Positions 58,609 through 64,000 of a stretch of 64,000 bases of DNA are shown one piece after another (positions within the stretch are counted from its first letter, which is position 1; each line of letters starts with the position of its first letter). The DNA comes from an uncultured Chloroflexia bacterium (GTDB taxonomy: Bacteria > Chloroflexota > Anaerolineae > JAAYZQ01): contig CAVOXA010000001.1 of NCBI GenBank assembly GCA_963700285.1, positions 480,001 to 544,000 on the forward strand. The letters are read 5' to 3'. The translations under genes were made by a program, and so were the position numbers. The notes beneath the pieces were generated by a model. That model was not told where the DNA came from. It saw only the letters and a program-made list of their open reading frames with translations, and ran no database searches.

Positions 58609-60168
58609 AGCTCGAATTCATGTTAAATGGAGAAAAGGTGCGTGTCATCCAGGCCGCGGTCGGTGGCTCATTTGGCGGCAAAGATGACATTGGCTACCAA
58701 TCATCGGGACAGGTTGCTGCCCTGGCGCTCAAGACCGGCTGTCCGGTCAGGCTTGTACTGAGCCGCGAGGAGTCGATGATTGCCTCGTACAAACGCGAAC
58801 CGATGTCAGTCCACTTTTCCCTGGGCGCCGATGCTGATGGGAATCTGCAAGCCGCCAAGGTGGATATACTGGCCGACAGCGGTGCCTACGCTTCCCAAAC
58901 CACGTTGGCCATGCTGCGCGCCGCCCTGCATGCCGCGGGCGCTTATCGTTACCAGGCCGTCCACGTGGACGTGAATACGGTCTATACCAACAATGGATTC
59001 TGCGGCGCCTTTCGTGGTTTTGGTAACACCGATGCTGCCGCGGCCATTGAACAGGCTGTAGATGATCTGGCCCACCGACTCGACCGTGACCCGATTGACT
59101 TCCGTCTTCAGAACTGTCTCCGCCAGGGTGATCGGGCGATGTCTGGCAACAGGGTGGAGCATGAAGTAGGTCTCGCCGATTGCCTGGGCTGGGTCCGCCA
59201 GGAATCCGAGTGGGATCGAAAGCGAGCGGCCTATGCTCATCAAAGCGGCGCTCTGCGGTGGGGCATCGGGGTAGCCTGAGGCTACCTGCAATGCGCTCCA
59301 GACGCTGGGCGTGGAACCATCGCGCATCCACATGCTCTGGCCGGATACTGACACGGCCATAGAGTCGGGGCCGACGGTTGCGTCCCGCTCCACGATGCTG
59401 GGGGGAAATGCCACCAGGGTTGCTGCCGAGAAGCTCGATCGCCTGCTCAAGTACGCCGCCGCCAATGCATTCGGCTGCACACCAGCGGAGGTCTATCGCT
59501 ACGGAGATCTGTACCTCGGCCCCGAGGAAGACGAGCTACGCTTCGAGCAGGTGGTCGACAGGGCTCGCGAGATGGGACTGACGCTGTCGGTTCATGGCAA
59601 GTGGAGCATGCCCCAAGTGGAGTGGCATGTCGAAACGGGGACAGGCACCCCCTACTACTGCTACACCTTCGGCGCCCAGGTGGCAGAGGTCCAGGTCGAT
59701 ACCCGTACCGGCCAGACCGAGGTGCTCAAGGTCTGGGCCGCTCACGACGGTGGCAGAATCGTATTCCCGCAAGGCGCCTATGGGCAAATGTATGGCGGGG
59801 TCGCACAGGGCTTGGGCTACGGGCTGCTGGAAGAGATCAAGTTTCACCAGGGCTACCTGCAGACCCTCAATTTTGACACCTACATGATTCCCACTTCGTT
59901 GGACGTGCCCGAGATTCACGCAACCTTCATCGAGACCAGCTTCCCCGAGGGCGCCTATGGCGCCAAGAACCTGGCGGAGCCGGTTCTGGTGGCGACGGCG
60001 CCAGCCATTGCCAACGCGGTTTTTCACGCTACGGGTACAAGGCATCACACCCTGCCACTCACGCTGGAGCGAGTGCTGTTGGGCCACGACCTGGATCCCG
60101 GCAAGGGCGAATCCCAGTGCCGTCGTGCCCTGGGGTTTGACCTTGATCCAAGACTCACGGCTCTGTAG
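58605..60168 (+). pseudogene. Xanthine dehydrogenase-family Mo subunit, internally deleted and fused to the first codons of the 2Fe-2S subunit
   Basis: MKLEFMLNGEKV joined to RVIQAAVGGSFGGK; AFRGFG; stop after GIGVA; resumes in another frame at TLGVEPSRI..ASRST..GGVAQGLG..GAKNLAE; the GQG segment is absent. Confidence 0.8.
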
Positions 60169-60179
60169 GAGACACGCGA

Positions 60180-61514
60180 ATGACCATGACCCTGATTCTG
60201 GGCAAGTTCCTCTGGGCAGATACGACCCAGCCGCCAGAACCTGACTGGGGGTTGGCTATCGAGGGCGGGCGCGTAGCGGCCACCGCCGGTTGGGCAGAAC
60301 TCAGGAGCCTGTACCCCGATGCTCAGGTTGTCGACGCCAGCGACTGTGTCATCACCCCCGCTTTTGTCAACGCGCATCATCACATGTACGGTGTCCTTGC
60401 ACACGGGATACCGCTGGACAAAGCCCCCAGTGGTTTCTGGCCTTTCCTGGAGGACTTTTGGTGGCCGTTGGTCGAGGATCAACTGAACCACGAACTGATC
60501 GCCGCTGCCGTGGACTGGGCTTGCCTGGAGATGGTTCGGTCCGGAGTGACGAGCTTCTACGATTGTCTGGAAGCGCCCCAGGCATTGCCCGGCGCGCTGA
60601 GTGTGGAGGCAGAGATCGTGCGCAGGTGGGGCCTGCGCGGCGTGCTCTCCTTCGAGGCCACCGAACGGGTCAGTGCAGAAAACGCCGGTCTTGGCCTGCG
60701 AGAGAACATAGAGTTTATCGACGCCTGCCGGGCAAAGAACAGCCAGGTGTCTGGCATGATGTGCTTCCATACGACTTTTACTTGTTCCGCTGACTATATT
60801 CGGCGCGCCTCTGCGCTGGCAGCGGAACGAGATGCCCAAGTCCACATGCACCTGGCCGAGGGCGCCTATGAACCCGAGCACTGTTTGGCGGAATATGGCG
60901 CCCGCACCGTGGCGTACTATGACCGCTTGGGGGTACTTGGCGACCACGTGCTGGCCTCCCAATGCGTCCAGATTGACGCTGAAGAGATCGCCATCCTGGC
61001 GCAGAGAGGAGTACACGTCTCGCACCAGCCCTTGTCCAACTGTGAGGTGGGCGGTGGTCTGGCGCCAGTACCGGAGATGCTGGCCGCGGGCATCAACGTG
61101 GCCTTGGGTACGGATGGTTACATCAATAACTTTTTTGAAGTGCTGCGAGCCGCTGCCCTCATCCCCAAGGCGCGGCTCCTGGATCCAACTACGATGCCCG
61201 CCCAGGTTGTGTGGACCATGGCCACACAAAATGGGGCACGGGCGCTGCGGTTCAACGATCTGGGAAAACTGGTTCCTGGTGGTCAGGCTGACCTCTTGCT
61301 CATAACTTCAGATCTGCCTACTCCGTTGGCAGAGCATAACCTGGCCGATCAGCTCCTCCTGTGGCGAAATCCCAGCAACCTGAAGGGCGTCATGTGTGCC
61401 GGCAATTGGCTCATGCGCGATGGAATGATCGAGGGCATTGACGAGTCTGCTATTCGCGGACGGGCGGAAGAGGCTGCCACAATTCTGTGGCAGCGGGCAA
61501 GGAATGGAGGCTAG
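60180..61514 (+). CDS. Amidohydrolase, SsnA-like
   Basis: PAFVNAHHHMYG, HTTFT, HLAEG, SNCEVG, LGTDG; context of xdh-type genes. Confidence 0.8.
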   Translation: MTMTLILGKFLWADTTQPPEPDWGLAIEGGRVAATAGWAELRSLYPDAQVVDASDCVITPAFVNAHHHMYGVLAHGIPLDKAPSGFWPFLEDFWWPLVEDQLNHELIAAAVDWACLEMVRSGVTSFYDCLEAPQALPGALSVEAEIVRRWGLRGVLSFEATERVSAENAGLGLRENIEFIDACRAKNSQVSGMMCFHTTFTCSADYIRRASALAAERDAQVHMHLAEGAYEPEHCLAEYGARTVAYYDRLGVLGDHVLASQCVQIDAEEIAILAQRGVHVSHQPLSNCEVGGGLAPVPEMLAAGINVALGTDGYINNFFEVLRAAALIPKARLLDPTTMPAQVVWTMATQNGARALRFNDLGKLVPGGQADLLLITSDLPTPLAEHNLADQLLLWRNPSNLKGVMCAGNWLMRDGMIEGIDESAIRGRAEEAATILWQRARNGG

Positions 61515-61515
61515 C

Positions 61516-62637
61516 ATGGCTGATCTAACTGTGAATCTCTGTGGCATCGAGCTCAAGAACCCGTTCGTGTTGGCATCCGGTCCTCTCACCTGGAGCGCCA
61601 AGGGCATCCAGGACGCCTACGCGGCGGGCGCTGCAGCGGCAGTCACCAAGACCATCCGTCCGGAGGCCACGGTGAACCCGGTGCCGCATATCGCTTCACC
61701 AAGACGCGGTGGAAGCCTGCTCAACATCGAGGGCTGGTCGGACTTTGGTGCTAACGAATGGTTGGAGCGAGAGCTTCCGCTCCTGACCCAACGCGAAGGG
61801 GTACTGATCGTCAGTCTGGGGCACACGGCCGCCGAGGTAGAGCAACTGGCCCGACCGCTGACAGAAGCGGGCGCAGACATTCTGGAATTGGTCTCCTATC
61901 GCGCGCACGATGCGGCGCCCATGGTGGCCGCGGCCAAGCAGGCGGTCTCGGTCCCGGTCCTCATCAAAGTCAGTGCTAATTGGCCAGACCTGCTTCCAGT
62001 GGTTGCTGATTGTTTGTCAGCCGGTGCGGATGGGGTCACGGCTATCGATTCGATCGGTCCGACGCTGCGTGTGGATATTGATGAGGGTGAGCCGCTGCTG
62101 GGCTCCTTTGCCTGGCTTTCTGGAGAGGCCATCCGGCCCATCTCCTTGCGAGTTGTGGCTGATATCTGCCTGCGGCACGATGTCCCGGTCGTGGGGACCG
62201 GCGGCGTTGGGATGGCTGAAGACGCGCTGGAAATGGTGATGGCCGGTGCTACCGCCGTGGGCGTCCATACGGCGCCGCTTCTGAGGGGTCTGGGCTGGCT
62301 GGGCAAGACGGAGAAACAGTTGCATCGCTGGTTGGATGCGCGCGGACACGCCAGACTGGCCGATCTCCGTGGCGTCGCCCTGGCCACGCTGAGGGCGGCC
62401 GGTGGGCACGAGCCTCAGCTTCCCAAAGCTCCGGCGCCACTCGCTTTCGACTTTGATTCGGACACGTGTACCCAGTGTGGCCGTTGCGTTACCGTCTGCG
62501 CCTACCAGGCCCGCGACCTCACTGCGGATGGCGATATGCTGTTGGATCTAGTCGAATGCCGTTCTTGCGGGCTCTGTGTTACGGTATGCGCTCCTCGCTC
62601 ACTGACGATCCGCGAGGAACATCTGGCCAGCGCCTGA
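61516..62637 (+). CDS. Dihydroorotate/dihydropyrimidine dehydrogenase (PreA)-like FMN barrel with C-terminal 2x[4Fe-4S], non-canonical active site
   Basis: LKNPFVLASGP, TKT, NIEGWSD, IKVS, LSGEAIRP, GTGGV; CTQCGRCVTVC and CRSCGLCVTVC. Confidence 0.82.
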   Translation: MADLTVNLCGIELKNPFVLASGPLTWSAKGIQDAYAAGAAAAVTKTIRPEATVNPVPHIASPRRGGSLLNIEGWSDFGANEWLERELPLLTQREGVLIVSLGHTAAEVEQLARPLTEAGADILELVSYRAHDAAPMVAAAKQAVSVPVLIKVSANWPDLLPVVADCLSAGADGVTAIDSIGPTLRVDIDEGEPLLGSFAWLSGEAIRPISLRVVADICLRHDVPVVGTGGVGMAEDALEMVMAGATAVGVHTAPLLRGLGWLGKTEKQLHRWLDARGHARLADLRGVALATLRAAGGHEPQLPKAPAPLAFDFDSDTCTQCGRCVTVCAYQARDLTADGDMLLDLVECRSCGLCVTVCAPRSLTIREEHLASA

Positions 62638-62717
62638 AGGGCAGAGGCGAACATCTTCTGGAGACAGTCTGTGGATGGGTGCGCTGTCTGTCACCTTCAC
62701 GAGGTGTCTGGATCGCG

Positions 62718-62879
62718 TCAACATCCAGGTTCGCCATAGTTCCCGCAGCAGTCGGAGCGCGTCTGGATCTTGCGCCAGTTGTTGCGCGCAAACAGCCTGA
62801 CTTTCACACGTAGGGGCATGGGCTGTCGCAGATTCTGTAGCGTTTCCGACGTGGTACCTTTCCGCTTACTGTCACACAT
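62718..62879 (-). CDS. 53-aa small protein with C-terminal CCGNYGEPGC motif (not in the ORF track)
   Basis: MCDSKRKGTTSETLQNLRQPMPLRVKVRLFARNNWRKIQTRSDCCGNYGEPGC*; GGGGG RBS; 50 nt downstream of a co-oriented gene. Confidence 0.65.
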   Translation of the reverse strand: MCDSKRKGTTSETLQNLRQPMPLRVKVRLFARNNWRKIQTRSDCCGNYGEPGC

Positions 62880-62929
62880 CTGTACCCCCTATCCAGTTGT
62901 AGGTCATCCCACGCTCTGATCATACAATC

Positions 62930-63667
62930 TCATACGCTTTTGGGGAGGGATCCAGGGGCGCTGCCGGTGTGCAGCCTGTCTGACCAAACAGGCAGGACTA
63001 CGTCTGGTGGTGCGTCCAGAAGGAGATCGGTCCAAACCCGGTGCAGCGCCATATCCGTGCCAAAGGCCAGAAAGATCGTCTGCTTGGTCTTGGCGTCCGG
63101 GGTGTAGGTTAACCTCAGTACCTGCTGGGCTTTCCCACCAAAGTGGAGATGCCCCACGTCCATCTCAGAGATCATGGCCGGCTGGAAAAAGACGTACCAC
63201 CATCCCAACTCGTCAACAGACCAGCGCCCAAGCCGCAGAAACTGGGAGGGCCGGACACGGCCCAGCAGGATGTGTTCCCGGGTTGCCACTGTCTCGAAAT
63301 CGGCTTCCAGGTCCATGTAGTAGCAATCCCTGCCCTCGACGCTGAACCAGCCGCTGGCCCGCACCGGAACCAACTCTTCGGGTCGCAGTGGATGTTCGGA
63401 GGGGCCGTCATGGCGGAGCGCTGTCACGGTGGACTGGGATTCATAGTGGATGTATTCTCGCCGTGAAGACCAGGCAAGGATCAGAATGTATCCCAGGTAG
63501 AGCATGCCTATGAGCACCGCGGCCCAGGGACGGAGCCATGAGACCAGCAGTGAGCTCAGAGCGGCGGCCAAGAGCAGTATCCCCAACCAGCGCGACAGCG
63601 GCAATTCGGCCCACAGGTGGCGGCGTAATTTGTAAGTCGACTCGAGTATTACTCCTTTTATGCTCAA
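62930..63667 (-). CDS. Hypothetical membrane protein (two N-terminal TM helices, soluble beta-rich domain)
   Basis: Long ORF with a hydrophobic hairpin; TTG start at 63667 lies just downstream of a promoter. Confidence 0.7.
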   Translation of the reverse strand: MSIKGVILESTYKLRRHLWAELPLSRWLGILLLAAALSSLLVSWLRPWAAVLIGMLYLGYILILAWSSRREYIHYESQSTVTALRHDGPSEHPLRPEELVPVRASGWFSVEGRDCYYMDLEADFETVATREHILLGRVRPSQFLRLGRWSVDELGWWYVFFQPAMISEMDVGHLHFGGKAQQVLRLTYTPDAKTKQTIFLAFGTDMALHRVWTDLLLDAPPDVVLPVWSDRLHTGSAPGSLPKSV

Positions 63668-63704
63668 TGCCTCGATACCCTCTTGATAGGATCTTGCAGA
63701 CCGG

Positions 63705-63733
63705 AGTATAACATACCCCCTGGGGCGTGTCAA
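63705..63733 (-). promoter_or_regulatory. Sigma70 promoter with a C-tract/G-tract pseudo-palindrome in the spacer
   Basis: Minus strand TTGACA-N17-TATACT; plus strand acatacccc-ct-ggggcgtgt. Confidence 0.6.
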
Positions 63734-63808
63734 AGGGGCCCAATTCTTGCCAGCAAATCTCCAGTTGGTCTCGCCATACTGAGAATTGCTGCCGGTGCCC
63801 GGCGCCAT

Positions 63809-63837
63809 TTGACCTGTGGCTACTCACCAAGTATAAT
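63809..63837 (+). promoter_or_regulatory. Sigma70 promoter for a gene beyond the window
   Basis: TTGACC-N17-TATAAT. Confidence 0.6.
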
Positions 63838-64000
63838 ACGCCGGTAGCTGGCAAGGGATAAACACAGATGATGGATTGATTCTTTCGCGCAGGTAGATTC
63901 ACGTCCACAGCAGTGCAAAGCAATTCGGATGGGCTGATTCCGGCTGCTTTTTCCCCCGTGGGTGCATTCTCGAGAGCCGTTCCGGCCTCTGGGCAATGCT

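Noticed and set aside
59277-59279. TGA after GIGVA as selenocysteine in the Mo subunit (the position is often Cys)
   Set aside because: Readthrough gives unrelated sequence and stops again at about 59350. Homology resumes in another frame and a conserved block including GQG is missing, so this is a deletion junction.
62697-62720. Terminal TGT-TGA of the microprotein as a Cys-Sec motif
   Set aside because: Readthrough adds only RDPDTS and I see no convincing SECIS-like hairpin. A plain stop is simpler, but homolog alignment should be checked.
1-64000. tRNA, rRNA, tmRNA, RNase P, SRP RNA, transposases, prophage genes
   Set aside because: No diagnostic motifs found by eye; a tRNAscan/Infernal run is needed to exclude them formally.

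Overview
GC-rich bacterial chromosome segment, most likely Chloroflexota (Anaerolineae-like). This is inferred from the many Pro/Thr-rich lipoprotein stalks, an FLPLVLR motif, GT-C membrane proteins with extracellular WxPGE modules and the palindromic repeat types. I saw no rRNA, tRNA, CRISPR array or transposase. Left to right the window holds: a heme-copper oxidase assembly cluster (ctaG, ctaB, SCO, PCuAC, YtkA-like, polyferredoxin); a cell-envelope block (three GT-C-fold proteins and a discoidin/transglutaminase lipoprotein); a fragmented secreted beta-propeller protein behind a long structured leader; an Ntn-hydrolase with a circularly permuted cofactor-independent phosphoglycerate mutase; PA14 protein-obgE-nadD-creatininase; an Aap/Bzt amino-acid ABC transporter whose binding protein has a CPxCP tether; a one-pass membrane protein with four cyclic-nucleotide-binding domains; a GH5-like lipoprotein; two phasins plus a PhaR-phasin fusion with visible operators; mog, a PHP-AlbA_2 protein, lon and hsp20; GH3 and CE7 enzymes; and an XRE-cupin-linked putative nucleobase-catabolism operon. 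In that operon the xanthine-dehydrogenase-type genes are gutted by deletions and the DHODH/PreA-like enzyme lacks the canonical catalytic loop. A 53-aa protein ending CCGNYGEPGC, missed by the ORF track, lies near the right end. About 13 single-base indels, mostly +1, break otherwise intact genes including lon and ctaB and are probably long-read errors. All family assignments come from motif recognition, not database searches.
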